NCBI RefSeq assembly: GCF_016432865.1 | Contig: NC_067403.1 | Coordinates: forward strand, 201,872,001-201,936,000 | DNA length: 64,000 nt | Direction of reading: 5' to 3' | DNA from: Antechinus flavipes | Lineage: Eukaryota | Shown: positions 13,033-26,145 of the stretch, one piece after another | Layout: each line of letters starts with the position of its first letter | How positions within the stretch are numbered: position 1 is the first letter of the stretch | Translations under genes and position numbers: made by a program | Notes under the pieces: generated by a model | What the model was told of the DNA's origin: nothing | Databases searched by the model: none | Seen by the model: the letters and a program-made list of their open reading frames with translations, nothing else

Positions 13033-14096
13033 TGTAATGGGGGAAGGAAGGAGGTCTTGGTGCTAGAAAGTTGGGAAGTTAAGCTCTCGTTTAGGAGTTC
13101 TTTCTCTACTTTCATGAGGAAAACAGTCACATATAAACTTCAACTGATAATTTTTATTCTATTTTTCACTTATAGATGTTTACATCCATTGTTTCATTCA
13201 TCATCCATTCCTTCTTGTTAGTCTGTCAAGTGGCATAGTAGACAGAGCTCTGGCCCTGGCCCCGAGTTAAAATCTAGTCTTATATACTTCTTAACTATGT
13301 GGCCCTGGGTGAGTAATTTAACCACTCTCTGCTTCAGTTTCCCCATCTCTAAAATAGGGGTAATAATAACTTCCCAGGTTTCTCATGAGGCTCTAATGAG
13401 ATAACTTTTGCACTTTAAAAAATGTTAGCCATTATTCACAAAGTAGCCACCCTAGTCTAAATCGTCTTTTGCTTCCCATCTGAACTACAGCAATTGGATC
13501 CTATTCTATGTCTGGAACAACAGTATCTTCTTTCTGATCCATCAACATGTCATGATTAGCAGATAAATTTGCCTGATGAAAATTTCCACAAATCTGATCT
13601 TTGCATAGCTCTACTCAAAAACCTTCCACTTCTCTACTGCTTAGTGAATTAAGTTCAAACATCTTGCCTTGGCTTCTATGTTGTGGCCCCAAGCTACCTT
13701 CTGCCCTTACCCTCTCATCTTCCCCTTTTTAAAATCCAGGCTGTGTTATATTTTCTGAATATATCCTGAGCACATCACCTTCCCTTTGTCTAGAATGCCC
13801 TGTGAAGGTTCTAGACCTGAGTCTTAGACCACAGTTTCCCTGAACATCAGTTCCTCCTTCAAATAAATGAAGGGACTTCTAATCTTTGCTCCTTGCCCCT
13901 GAACTTGCTTAGTCACTTGAATTTGAGATCTGCTCTTTTCCTTTGCCTCCGCTGATCCCCTACTCTCAGCCCATCACTAATAACCTGTTTTCTGCTAAGG
14001 CTACCATGTCTTGTGACTTTTTCTAGCCCCCTCCTCCGGTTCCCCTTTCCCTGTCTCCACACATGATAGACTGAATGAATTTCTTTCTTTTTTTCA

Positions 14097-14248
14097 CTTT
14101 TTTTTTTTTTTTGTGCTGAGGCAATTGGGGTTAAGTGACTTGGCCAGGGTCACACAGCTAAGAAGTAATGTGTCTGGGGCCAGATTTGAAGTGAGGGCCT
14201 TCTGACTTCAGGGTCGGTGCTCTATCCACTGTGCCATCTAGCTGCCCC
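14097..14248 (-). mobile_element. WSINE1-type SINE
   Basis: Poly-T through ctagctgcccc, with near-TSD atgaatttctttct/atgaatttatttct. Confidence 0.88.
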
Positions 14249-14730
14249 ATGAATTTATTTCTAAACTTTGTCTACAAAGGGGAAAAGAAAACATGGCTCT
14301 GATTATGATGTGCTGTTAGACATGCCAGAAAAAAGAAAACTTGTTTCCCAGACTGAATGCTTCTTAAAATTATGATTTTATCCTTGATGTTAAAATTTTT
14401 TTCTAGTTTAAGGGACATGGGGTTACAAAAGTTACTTTAATGTATATTTCTTTGATAACTTTGATGTGGTTGATTGTTTTTGTAAGCATTATAATGACTT
14501 CTCTTTTGAAAATTGTTCATATCCTTTGATTATTTATTTGTTACAGATGGGGATCTTTGACAAGAGTTCTTTAGGTGTCTTAGGAGAGTTAGTGGCTTCA
14601 GAGCCTAACTTGGAGGCAAGTTCAACACTTCCTGACTGTGTGATTCTGGGCAAATCACATAACTTCTCTCAGTGTTTTAGGCAATTCTCTAAAACTATAA
14701 GTTGCAGAAAGGGTGCTAACCTATATTGGT

Positions 14731-15098
14731 TTTTTTTTTTTTTTTGACTTTTTTATTTTTAATTATTATAGCTTTTTATTTACAAGATATATGCATAGGT
14801 AATTTTTCAGCATTGATAATTGCAAATCCTTTTGTTCCAACTTTTTCTCTCCTTTCCCCACCCCTTCCTCCAGATGGCAGGTTGACCAATACATGTTAAA
14901 TTTGTTAAAGTATAAGTTAAATACAATATATGTATACATGTCCATACAGTTATTTTGCTGTACAAAAGGAATCAGACTTTGAAATAGTGTACAATTAGCC
15001 TGTGAAGGAAATCCAAAATGCAGGCGGACAAAAATAAAGGGATTGGGAATTCTATGTAATGGTTCATAGTCATCTCCCAGAATTCTTTTTCTGGGTGT
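14731..15098 (-). mobile_element. 5'-truncated L1 3' end nested in an older CORE-SINE
   Basis: Poly-T plus ttattatagctttttatttacaagatatatgc, with diverged TSD taacctatattggt/taacctgcattgtt. Confidence 0.88.
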
Positions 15099-15671
15099 TA
15101 ACCTGCATTGTTAAAGGAAGTTTCCTCATTTGGAATTCCTTATCTTGATTTAAAAACAAAAACAAAAACAAAAAATAAATCACAGATCCAGTGTGTCTAT
15201 CCCTATCTGTTTTAGATATAAATGTTTTATCTATCGTGAATCTTTTCTATTTTTCTGTTATTTTCTATTATTTAACTTAAAACTTTTTCATTTAGTTATT
15301 GACATTGATCTTGAGAGTTCCTTTTATGGAACCTTTCCTTCATGATTATGATAAATATTTCATTCCACTTAAAACATTTTTAAATGTTTATGTTTCTCAT
15401 TTGGCTAGAATACAAGGAAGCATGTGGTGTAAGTTGCCACTCAGAATCTTGTGCCTGTCAAGTTTTTAACTTGTTTTCCAGGTCTATTGGTGAAATAATG
15501 AATCTTTTGTCCAGTTTTTGCTATTTCTGGGTTTATCAGATGCTGATCTGTTGTCGACATTTGGGTGGATATTCTGGCCAAGCCCCAGGTGGAACCTGTT
15601 CTCTCTTGGTTCATTAAGTGTGGGGGCAGCTACAAAGCTATTTGGTCCCAGTTAAGAAAAGTAGTATAAAT

Positions 15672-15916
15672 AGCTAGGTGGTGCCATAGTGCAGAGAGAA
15701 CCAGTCCTGGAATCAGGAAGACTCATCCTTTCAAGTTCAAAACCATCCTCAGACACTTATTAGCTTTGTGATCCTGGGCAAGACCCTTAATCCTTTCTGC
15801 CTCAATTTCCTCATCTATAAAATAAGCTGGAGAAAGAAATGGCACACCACTATAATACCTCTGCCAAGAAAATCCCAAAGGGACTCACAAAGAGTTGGAC
15901 TCAACTGAATGATGAA
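15672..15916 (+). mobile_element. MAR1-type SINE
   Basis: agctaggtggtgccatagtg...ccaagaaaatcccaaagggactcacaaagagttggactcaactgaa. Confidence 0.85.
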
Positions 15917-17561
15917 ATACACAATAAAAAAGTATTTTTATAACAAACTATACCTCTGCACTGCTTTCAGGATTTGTCTCTCTAGGTTTCTTGGGCTAAG
16001 TTCATTTTCTAGTCTGGCTTCTCTGTTGCAACCCATCCAGGAAGATGAGGGCATTTGGGCGTCTTGGTGTTCCAACAGTTTTTCTATAGAGACACTTAGC
16101 TAATTAATTTTTCTCCTTTAATAAGAGACAAACAAGTAAATAGGACCTCAAATAGAATAATTCCACTTGATTCACAAATAACCCTAAGTGTTTGTAAGAA
16201 GTAACCCTTTTGTTTTTTAAAAAGTTCAGATCTACATTTGCTCACCTACTCATTTCTCCTACCCCATCTCTAGTTGAGAAAATAAGAAAAAACAAACACC
16301 AGTAGTTGGACAAAACATATTTCCCACATTGGCCACGTTAGGAAAACAACAACGTTAATAGTGAATGACTCAGGGTGCCCCAAGTCCATTTAACAGAAGG
16401 TGGGTAGAATGTTTCATCTTGGGGTCTCTGCAATTATGGCTAGTAATTGTGTTGTTCGGAATTCCTAAGTCTTTTAAACTTTTTGTCTTTACAAGATTGC
16501 TATTATTTTATAAAAAACTTTTTCATTGTATACTCTCCGATTCTCACCATGGGTCAAAATTTCTTCTGTCCTTCAAAAGCCTTCTTAAATTTCTTGAATT
16601 TACAGCTAGATCATGTCTCTGCAATTGGAAAGAACCTCAAATGTCTCTAGTCCAACCCCCTCAACTTAATAAGGAAACCAAAAGCCTAGAGAGGTGGAGG
16701 TACTAGCCCAAGATGATCCAGGTTGTAAGTGGTAGAATTCAGATTCAGCCCTTTCCATTCTTTCCCTGCCTTCAACACTCATAATCCTCCATATACCGAA
16801 CATATACTTGTGCTGTTTTGCTTTGTAAGTACCTTTTATCCCCTGTGAGTACTTCAAGGACAGAGTTTGAAACATATTAATTGCTGTCTCCCATTCAGAG
16901 CCCATGTAGTAGGCATTCAATAGATATTGATTTGAGTTGAATTACTTTATACCTACTATGTGCAGGACCTTGGAATGGGCTACTTTTTAGGAGTCTCAGT
17001 TGAATAAGACATGATTATTGCTCTAAGGCATTTTACAGATTTTTAAATTTAAGGATTATAATCAGAGCATAATTATACTCCAAAGGAGAAAATGAGTTCA
17101 CTTATTTGTTCAATGCATTTTTTGCATGCTTTTTAAATACAGGTCATTGTCCTAGGTGCTGAAGGAAGTACAAAGTTGCCCAAACAGTGACCAAGTGGGA
17201 CTTGGCCTGAACCTGTTGTTGACCAGTCCATGAGAGCCAGAGTGATTTAGGTTTAAGAGATGGTCCTGAAGAAAGAAGAGAATGGTTAATAATATCAAAT
17301 ACTTCAGACAGATCAAGGAAAATGAGAACTTAGCAAAGTCTACTACTAGCTCATCTCTGACTTTTTTTTTTAATAGGAAAGTAGAAATCCCTGGTCAGGG
17401 ATCTGTTCATATTTTCTGTGTTCATTAGGCAGAGAGAACAATTTTGAGGAATAACCCAGTTTTTACAGGGCACGAGGGGAATTGACTTTTGAAGAGTTCT
17501 GGCCATTAGTTTTGTTATTCTGTGTTTAATGGACAGTGTTGAATAGCAAAATTATTAAATT

Positions 17562-18578
17562 CCTGTTCCTGGTGGTTCACATCTGTCATTCCAGTCATCT
17601 GGGAAGCTAAAGATGGTGGCTCTTTTTTTATTATAGCTTTTTATTTACAAGATCTATGCATGGGTAATTTTTCAGCATTGAAGTTGCAAATCCTTTTGTT
17701 CCAACTTTTCCCCTCTTTTCCCCCACTCCTTCCCCCAGATGACAGATTGACCAATACATGTTAAATATGTTAAAGTATAAGTTAAATATAATATATGTAT
17801 ACATGTCCATACAGTTATTTTGCTGTACAAAAAGAATCGGACTTTGAAATAGTATACAATTAGCCTGTGAAGGAGATCAAAAATGCAGGCGGACAAAAAT
17901 AGAGGGATTGGGAATTCTATGTAATGGTTCATAGTCATCTCCCAGAGTTCTTTCCCTGGGTATAGCTGGTTCAATTCATTACTGCTCTATTGGAACTGGT
18001 TTGAATCAGCTCATTGTTGAAAAGGACCACATCCATCAGAATTGATCAACAAACAGTATCGTTGTTGAAGTATATAATGATCTCCTGGTCCTGCTCATTT
18101 CACTCAGCCACAATTCGTGTAAGTCTCTTCAAGCCTTTCTGAAATCCTCCCGCTGGTCATTTCTTACTGAACAATAATACTCCATAATATTCATATACCA
18201 CAATTTATTCAGCCTTTCTCCAATTGATGGGCATCCACTCAGTTTCCGGTTTCTGGCCACTACAAAGAGACTGCCACAAACATTCTTGCACATACAGGTG
18301 ATGGTGGCTCTTTTGAACTCGGGAGTTCTGAGTTGCAGAGGTTAGCTTATCAGACATCTACATGAAGTTCAGCATTAATAATAGAAGGGCCACCAGGCTA
18401 CCTAAGGGCAGAAGTGGAGGACTTGGGGTGAGAGGAGGAGAAGGGACTTTGAATCAGGCTATGTTAGAAGCAGAGGGATTTGGAACTTCCTACAGATCAG
18501 CAGTGAGATCAGGCTCTAGGCTGGCTCTCTACATCCAGGCTGAACGAGATTGGGAGACCCAACCTTAAAAAAAAAAAA
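17562..18578 (+). pseudogene. 7SL (SRP RNA)-derived retrocopy with poly(A) tail, interrupted by an L1
   Basis: ggtggttcacatctgtcattccagtcatctgggaagctaa...gggagttctgagttgcag...aagttcagcattaata...ccaccaggctacctaagg...gatcagcagtgagatc...gagaccc plus A-tail. Collinear with the 7SL Alu and S domains once 17627-18314 is removed. Confidence 0.8.
17627..18299 (-). mobile_element. 5'-truncated L1 (673 bp) with perfect 15-bp TSD
   Basis: TSD GATGGTGGCTCTTTT at 17612-17626 and 18300-18314; marsupial L1 3' UTR. Confidence 0.92.
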
Positions 18579-18823
18579 GAGTGAGAAGATTGAAAATTAA
18601 ATCCTGGCTTTGCTTTTTATTGCCCATATGACTTCAGACAAGACACTTCACTCTTAGCTAGGTCTGTAAAATGTGATCATTGGAGCATATTAGTACACGA
18701 CCTTAATCTGGAACACAGGAACTTTATTTTTTCTTTAATTTTTTTCCGATTAAAAAAAAAAAAAACTACATTCAGTTTGTACTCCTAGGTGGTTTATTGT
18801 ATGCATCTAAAAAGATTATTTTG

Positions 18824-18906
18824 TTGGAACAGAAGTGAATGCAAGGGGTAATGCTGTAAAAAATTACCCTGGCATGCGTTCTATCAATAAAAAGTTATTT
18901 TAAAAA
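18824..18906 (+). mobile_element. Very short L1 3' end with 15-bp TSD
   Basis: TSD aaaaagattattttg at 18809-18823 and 18907-18921. Confidence 0.8.
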
Positions 18907-20085
18907 AAAAAGATTATTTTGAGATTAGTCTACAGACTTTGTCAGAATGTCCAAGGGGATTGTGATAAAAAAAGTCAAGAAATCCTTGATAAGATGACTT
19001 GTGAGCATCTTGCTTTTCTAAATCTCATGATTTTTTGGTTTTACCTTTTGGATTTCACAAGGTATTTTGTTCGAGCACTTTGTTATTTCTTCCTTTTCTT
19101 TCTTTCTTTTTTTTTTTTTTTTATTTCTACCTTTTCAAAAAAATTTTTACCTTTATCTATTTTCCCCTAATATAAACCACCCTTTCTACTCTTAGAGAAC
19201 TATACCCAAAGAAGAAAAATGAGAAGGGGAAAAAAAACCAGTTCAGCAAAACTAAGCAATATTTTGGAACAAATCTGACATTATATGCAGCGTTCCACCC
19301 CTACCCTTTCACTTCTGCCAAGATTGGGGATCAGGGAGAAGATACCTTCTCATATCTCTTCTTAGGGGCCAAGTTTAGTCATTATAATTTTGCAAGCATT
19401 CTGCCTTGGTCACTGTTATCTGTTTTCTCCTTTGACATTATCATAGCAGCTGTGAAGATTGTTTTCATGGTTCAGGTCACATAAATCATCTCAGGCTCCC
19501 CTGTTTTCATTATTTTAATGCCGTTTGTATGTTCTATTCTGTAGTTATCTATTTTGGTGACTTATCATTCCCCTAGATTTTAAATTCATTAAAGACAGGG
19601 AGTAGATCTTAGCTAAAATTTGTGTCTTTTCTAGCATCTATTAGATGCTTAATAAGTATTCAACAGTGGCTTCCTCTGAGTTTTGCTTGTTGTCTGAATG
19701 CAGTTAGGGTTTCTTTTCAAAAGAAGGTCCCATGGTAAGAGCTGGGGGAGATCCTAGATTCACTCATTTTCTGGGGGCCCTCCTAAGGATAAAACTCACC
19801 CATTTTTTATTTTATAGTTCCAAGGCTGACATCTGCTGACCTCATTTTCCACCTCTAGGGTAGCTTTCTTTTATAGACTGTTACTCCTTCTATACAGATT
19901 ATGTGTAAGATTGCTTCCTAGTCCATTTCTATGTGTGAGACTCTGGGGATGCATGACTGTTTGTGTATTTGTTTGTGTGTTTTATATATATACATATATA
20001 TACATATATGTATACATTTATCTCCCATGATAATATATTATGCATATATCATAATATAATGTACTATATGCAAATACATATAAAC

Positions 20086-20280
20086 TAAGACTTCTTAAAC
20101 TCTTCCCACTCATAACCCCTTTTCATCTGAGAAATTTTTGCACAATCCTAAGTATGTAGGTACATAAAATAGGTATACAAATCAAACATTTACTGATAAT
20201 AAATCATAATTTTGTGATTTATTCCACATTCAATTATATAACCCCACATGGAGTTGGAACCCACAGTTTAAGAAGCTTTG
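20086..20280 (+). mobile_element. hAT/Charlie-type MITE, family A copy 2
   Basis: TIRs gacttcttaaact...agtttaagaagctttg, with near-TSD atataaac/atctagac. Confidence 0.72.
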
Positions 20281-20997
20281 ATCTAGACATTATAGTTTGT
20301 GAATATTTTATTCTGTCTGGATATAAATACATGCCCAGGATAGACTTCCTCCTCATGCCCCATCACAGAGTTCACATTAGCCTGGCTTTAAGAACACTGT
20401 GTTAGTGGAGCATAAAATTCTTATGGCCCTTACAGAAAAAAGCTAGAAAGGTTTCCTGTATGGACTGGGTGGAAGACTGTATAGTCTGTCCTAAGAAAAC
20501 TAGTCTGTTTTAATTTAGAGAGGTTCAGATTGGCCACAGGTAGCTGAACTTGACCCAGTCAGGTCAATTCTCACTGACTTGTAAAAAGCTGCAAACTGTC
20601 CCTGATCCAGTGGAAGGAGAACCTACATCAAGAGAATCATGTCTCCTTGTCCTATTGACTCAAAAATATGGTCATTTTTGCCTTAAACATATTTGCTGAC
20701 TTCTAATGGGGAAAAATAGAAAAATTAATGTATATATTTGCAACCTTTGAAAATTGTTAAGTTGCTTTAGGGGGACCTAGATGACATAGTAAATATAGCA
20801 TTGAACCTGGAATCAAAAAATTCAGATTCAGCCACAGACACTCATTTAACTGTGTGACTTAACCTCTGTTTGCCTAGTTTCTTCAACTGTAAAATAGAAC
20901 TAATAATATATACCTCTCAATATTGCTGAGGATTAAGTGAAATAATATTTGTGAAGAACTTAGCATGATTTCTGGCATATAGTTGGAACTTAATTTT

Positions 20998-21122
20998 TTT
21001 ATTATAGCTTTTTAATTATAAAACAAATACATGGGTAATTTTTCAACAATGACCCTTCTGTTCCAACTTTTCCCCTTCTTCCCCCAATCCCCTCCCCTAG
21101 ATGGCAAATAGTCCAATACATG
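20998..21122 (-). mobile_element. Short L1 3' end with 14-bp TSD
   Basis: TSD tggaacttaatttt at 20984-20997 and 21123-21136. Confidence 0.85.
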
Positions 21123-21375
21123 TGGAACTTAATTTTATGTGTTTTTATTTCCTTCCTTTCTTCATTCCAAGGGAAAATGACTAAATATTTTTGTAATTGT
21201 GAAAGTAGTCCTTTTAGACAAAAAGTATAATGCAACCTGTCCAAATATAACAAATAATTGTAACCACAATGGATAAGACTATCTGTTTTACTGTGTTCTT
21301 GTATAGTTTGCTCTTTTTGATTTTTTCTTTCAGTAGGGGCTACTATTAGATCACTAAGGATTTGAAGGATTAGTC

Positions 21376-21548
21376 CAGAGCTTCTTAAACTTTTTCTACT
21401 TGTGACTCCTTTTCACCAGAGAAATTTTTATATGACCCCGACATATAGGTATATAAGATAGGTTTATAAATCAAATCGTAATTTCATGACTCCCATATTC
21501 AATTATGAGACCTTATATGGGGTGGTAAATGAAGTTTAAGAAGCTGGG
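21376..21548 (+). mobile_element. hAT/Charlie-type MITE, family A copy 3, with perfect 8-bp TSD
   Basis: cagagcttcttaaact...agtttaagaagctggg, with TSD gattagtc on both sides. Confidence 0.85.
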
Positions 21549-21566
21549 GATTAGTCTACCATATGA

Positions 21567-22050
21567 AAATTATGGAATATTATTGTTCTATAAGAAATGA
21601 TCAATAGGATAATTTCAGAGAGGTTTGGAGAGACTTACATGAATTGATGTTAAGTGAAGTGAGCAAAACAAAAGATCATTGTATCCGGCAATAAGATTAT
21701 ATGATGATCAATTCTGATGGACATAGCTCTCCTCAAAATGAGATGATTCAAGGAATTTTGTGATGAAGAGAGAAGACTGTAGGAACTGAGGGTGGATCAC
21801 AACATAGTATTTTCACTCTTTTTATTTGTTGTTTGCTTGCATTTTGTTTTCTTTTTGATCTGATTTTTCTTGTGTGACATGATATTTATGGAAACTTATA
21901 GAAGAATTGCACATGTTTAACATATATTGGATTACTAGAGAAGAGAGAAAGAGAGGGGAAAAGTTTAGAACACAAGGTTTTGCAAGGATGAATGTTGAAA
22001 ATTATCTATGCATATGTTTTGAAAATAAAAAGTTTTAATAATTAAAAAAG
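21567..22050 (+). mobile_element. L1 3' end
   Basis: ggaatattattgttctataagaaatgatcaa...gagagacttacatgaattgatg...gaaaataaaaagttttaataattaaaaa. Confidence 0.85.
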
Positions 22051-23043
22051 AGAAATTTTGAGCAAAAAAACCTAATTTAGAATAGTTGAATAAAGTAGAG
22101 AAACTGATATTAGACTATATAATGGAATTTGGAAATTCATTAGAAATGAATTTGACATCTGTATATGGCTAGAGAGAAAGTTGTGAGCTATAAGAACAGC
22201 AGATTACTAAGAGAGCAGAATATTATCTCTGCAGAGCAAGGAATCAGTGAGCATCTTGACAAGGAAACATGCCTTTGAAGAAGGTAGATCGTGATTAATT
22301 TGGAAAGGGCTTTAAATGCCAAACAGATCAATTTATATTGTTATTCTAATGGCAATAGGGAATCACTGGAGTTTATTGAATTAGCATGTGATATAACTGG
22401 TCCTAATCTCCAAATCATTATTCTGGATCTCCCTTAATAAATCCAAAGATTGATGGGTTTTTTAAAAAGTCCTTTACTTAACATATATTTTAGTGCAATA
22501 TAAAAGCAGTTCAGAAGATAAGAACACATAAAAGCCAGCAAGAGTGTTCCCTGGACTCTCGGGGGCTTTCTGTTAGAATCCTAGAATGCCTTTTTACTCT
22601 TTTTGCCACAGCTGAGTCCCAAACGGATCCACCAGGAGCAAAGTTAATCCGAACCCTTCCAGTTCACACCACAACTTTCTTTTATGTCCCAGCAGGGTTT
22701 GGGAGAGGAGTTAACTAGTTCCACTAGTATCCTGGTCCACTTCACCTGTGCTAAAGGAAAAATCACTCGGGATTATATTGGAGAAGGGAAAAGGCTGAGA
22801 GATCAGTTAGTAGACCATTCTAATAGTAACTCAGAGCTAAAGGGATGTGGCCATGGGAATGGGAGGAGGGGACAGGGAAAGACTTTGTGGAGGAAGAAAC
22901 AAGATTTGGCCATTGAATGGATATATGGGGGTGAGGAAGAGTGAGGAGAAAAAGCTCAGAGTTCACAAAGCCGTGGAATATTGGAAGGATGGTGGTAACT
23001 TGGACAGAAAGGGGGTGGATTTAAGGTAAAATATAAGGAATTT

Positions 23044-23182
23044 GGGGCAGCTAGGTGGCACAGTGGATAGAGCAGCAGCCCTGAAGTCAGGAGGAGCTGA
23101 GTTCAAATCCGGCCTACGACATTTAATACTTCCTAGCTGTGTGACCCTGGACAAGTCACTTAACCCCAATTGCCTCAGCAAA
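23044..23182 (+). mobile_element. WSINE1-type SINE
   Basis: ggggcagctaggtggcacagtggatagag...aaccccaattgcctcagc. Confidence 0.9.
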
Positions 23183-24149
23183 TATATATATGGAATTCTG
23201 TTTTCAATGTCTGAAGTGTCTATGGGACATCTAATTTGAAATATTTAATTAAGTAGGTGCTGAAAGCATGGGACTCAAGAGGGAGGTGAAGGCTGAATGG
23301 GAGACATTTGACAAATTTGCCTAGAAGTATTAGTTGTTTAGGGACTTACACATCAACTGGGGCTTGCTCAGGAGAGAGACAATCTGCCTAAGTTTATGTA
23401 TTATATGTGTAGAGATGTATATAATGTATCTTTCCAGCCTGAAGAGAGTTTGTGGGCCCGACAATCCTGGAAGTATGAGGAGATAATTCAAATTTGTACT
23501 TAGGGGTTTACACAGGCACCAAATTAGCTACTTTTCCATCCATTCTTTCCTCCTTCCAGCCATCCTGACTACAGGTTCAGGAATCTGTACATCTGAATTT
23601 AGTCCAGCTTTGGTCTTCTGGGCTCCTTATTACAGACAGATAAGTTTATTTAGAGGTTGCCAGGCTGAGAGCCCCAGCATCTGGGCCCCTAGCCAGGGTT
23701 GGGCCTTGGGGGCTGTCACTGATCAACTGATTCTCTGAGAGCCACGGGCAACTTGCTATAACTTCAGGGAGACTGTAAAAATGGCTCCTTGGCTACTAGG
23801 AGAGCAGGAAGCAGGCGAGATCCCGGGGTAAAGTTTTGCATATTTTTGAATGTTTGTTTGAGGTTTCAGTCCCACTCCTCCCTACCCTGAATTCCCTTGG
23901 AGCAGGACTCAGGTCCGTCCCTTTTAAAAAAAGGGCTTGGGTCTCCCTCTGGTCAGAGAGTCTTGCGGGAGGGCTTGGGTCAATCTCAGATCACCCATTT
24001 TTGTTGGCACTGTCCAGCTTGGGGTGGGAGACAGAGGGCAGAATATAAGGCTGGGGGATGCATGGTGGCCACTGGGCATGGAATGATGGCGTATTTCAGT
24101 CCTGAACAGAGAACTAAATACCCTCCTTCTGATTTTGTATTTAATCCAG

Positions 24150-24226
24150 CAAACCCTCTGGGCGTCCTCCTGGCTAATATGGGGTCTCCTGCACTTGTGA
24201 GAAAAAAGGAAGATGTTCCATTAATG
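24150..24226 (+). CDS. SLC49A3: SLC49A3 exon 4 (77 bp, phase 1-0)
   Basis: atccag|CA AAC...ATG|gtaaac. Encodes (S)NPLGVLLANMGSPALVRKKEDVPLM; the phase fits exon 3. Confidence 0.95.
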
Positions 24227-24414
24227 GTAAACCACAGTAGCTGAATCCTGCCCCTCTCCCTTCAGTCTCAGACTCTCTGTGACTGGTGACTTAGGTCCAG
24301 CTCTTCTAACCTTTCTCTTGACTTCCAGTCTCACATCACCAATTGTATTGTAGACAATGGGATGGGCTGTCTCAAAGGCATCTTAAACTCAGCAGGTCCC
24401 ATCACTTTCCTCTT

Positions 24415-24690
24415 CCTTTTTTTTTTTTTTTTTTTTAAATAAAGATTTTTATTTTTAAAACATACACACGGATAATTTGACAACATTGACCCTTGCATAG
24501 CCTTGTGTTTCAGATTTTCCTCTCCTTCCTCCCACCCCCTCCTATATGTTAAACATGTTAAAATATATGTTAAATCCAATATGTATATACATATTTATAC
24601 AATTCTCTTGCTGCACAAGAAAAATCAGATTTAAAAAAAGAAAGTAAATGAGTAAGAAAACAAAATGCAAGTGAACAACAACAAAAAGAA
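24415..24690 (-). mobile_element. L1 3' end
   Basis: Poly-T plus aaataaagatttttatttttaaaacatac...gacccttgc. Confidence 0.8.
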
Positions 24691-24699
24691 CACTCTCCT

Positions 24700-25415
24700 C
24701 TTTCTAACTTCCTAGATACAGAGTATCTCCCAGTCAGCCTTTGGTATCAAGTCTTTTACCAACACCTGTCATTTTTGACTTCACAATATCTCTTTCAACT
24801 TCCCTTTTCTTTGCTATGACCCACCACCATCTTCATGTAGTTCATCACCCTTTTACCCCTGGACTCCTGGGCCACAAATTTCTCCTCACTCCAACCATCC
24901 TGTATTCAGATAACAGACTGATCCTCCTAAAATACAGGACTGATCATATTATATCCTTCCCTCCCCATTCGATAAACTCCAATACTTCCCTATTATCTAT
25001 AGGATGAAATTAGAAAATCCTTTGGCTTTCAAAGCCCTTCATGGTCTGGACCCTTTCTATCTTTCTAGCCTTCAGACTCTGTTGTCCAGCAATACTGAGC
25101 AATCCTGTTCCATTTCCCAGTTCCTATTTTCTGTTTCTACTGGCTCTCCCCCATGCCTGGGACATTCTCCCTCGCCATCTCTTCTTCCAACTTCTTGGCT
25201 TCTTTTCAGTTTGAGTTGACATCAGATCTTCCAGGAACCTTTGCCAATTCTCCCTAATCTTACGGCCTTCTCTCTGAGATTACTCACAGTTTATCCTACT
25301 CACGTAACCTTAGTGATGTGTTCTCTCTATTAGCTGAGCTCCTTGAGAACAAAGATTGTCTTTTGGCTTTCATTGTACCCAGCACTTAGGAGATACTTGA
25401 TATATGCTAGTTGAC
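24700..25415 (+). mobile_element. L2 LINE 3' relic
   Basis: gatcctcctaaaatacaggactgatcatatt...ggctttcaaagcccttcat...gagctccttgagaacaaagattgtc. Confidence 0.7.
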
Positions 25416-25418
25416 TGA

Positions 25419-25655
<237 letters not shown>

Positions 25656-25992
25656 TAAACCTGGAGCCCGGAAGCCAGAACCCCCATCATTTTTCCTCTT
25701 GTAATATGCAGTTCAGGGAGGATCCCCAAACTCCCGATTGGCCACTTACTTCATTAAATCATGTTGGCTCTATTTGGGGACAGGGAGACACTGAAGAATC
25801 AGTCCTGTCTCAGAGTCTAAGAGAGAGAGGAGGACGGGGGAGATATGTGTCCAGGCTTGGCTCTAGGAAGCTCACAGTTGGGGTAAGAAGAAAGGAGCTA
25901 GAGAAGGAAGAATAGACTTGAGCCCTGCCACAGCTCACGGTCTGTAGGGAAGAAAAAATTCCTACAAAATCATTAATTAAAAAAGAATATTA

Positions 25993-26145
25993 GGGGCAGC
26001 TAGAAGTTGCAGTGGATGGAGCACTAGCCCTGAAGTCAGGAGGACCTGAGTTCAAATATGGCTTCAGACACTTACTACTTCCTGGCTGTGTGACCTTGGG
26101 CAAGTCACTTAACCCCAATTGTCTCAGCCAAAAAAAAAAAAAAAA
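25993..26145 (+). mobile_element. WSINE1-type SINE
   Basis: ggggcagctagaag...ccccaattgtctcagcc plus A-tail. Confidence 0.9.

Noticed and set aside
23044-23182. tRNA-like A/B boxes as tRNA genes (also in the other SINE heads)
   Set aside because: They are tRNA-derived SINE heads with CORE and A-tail, with no complete cloverleaf.
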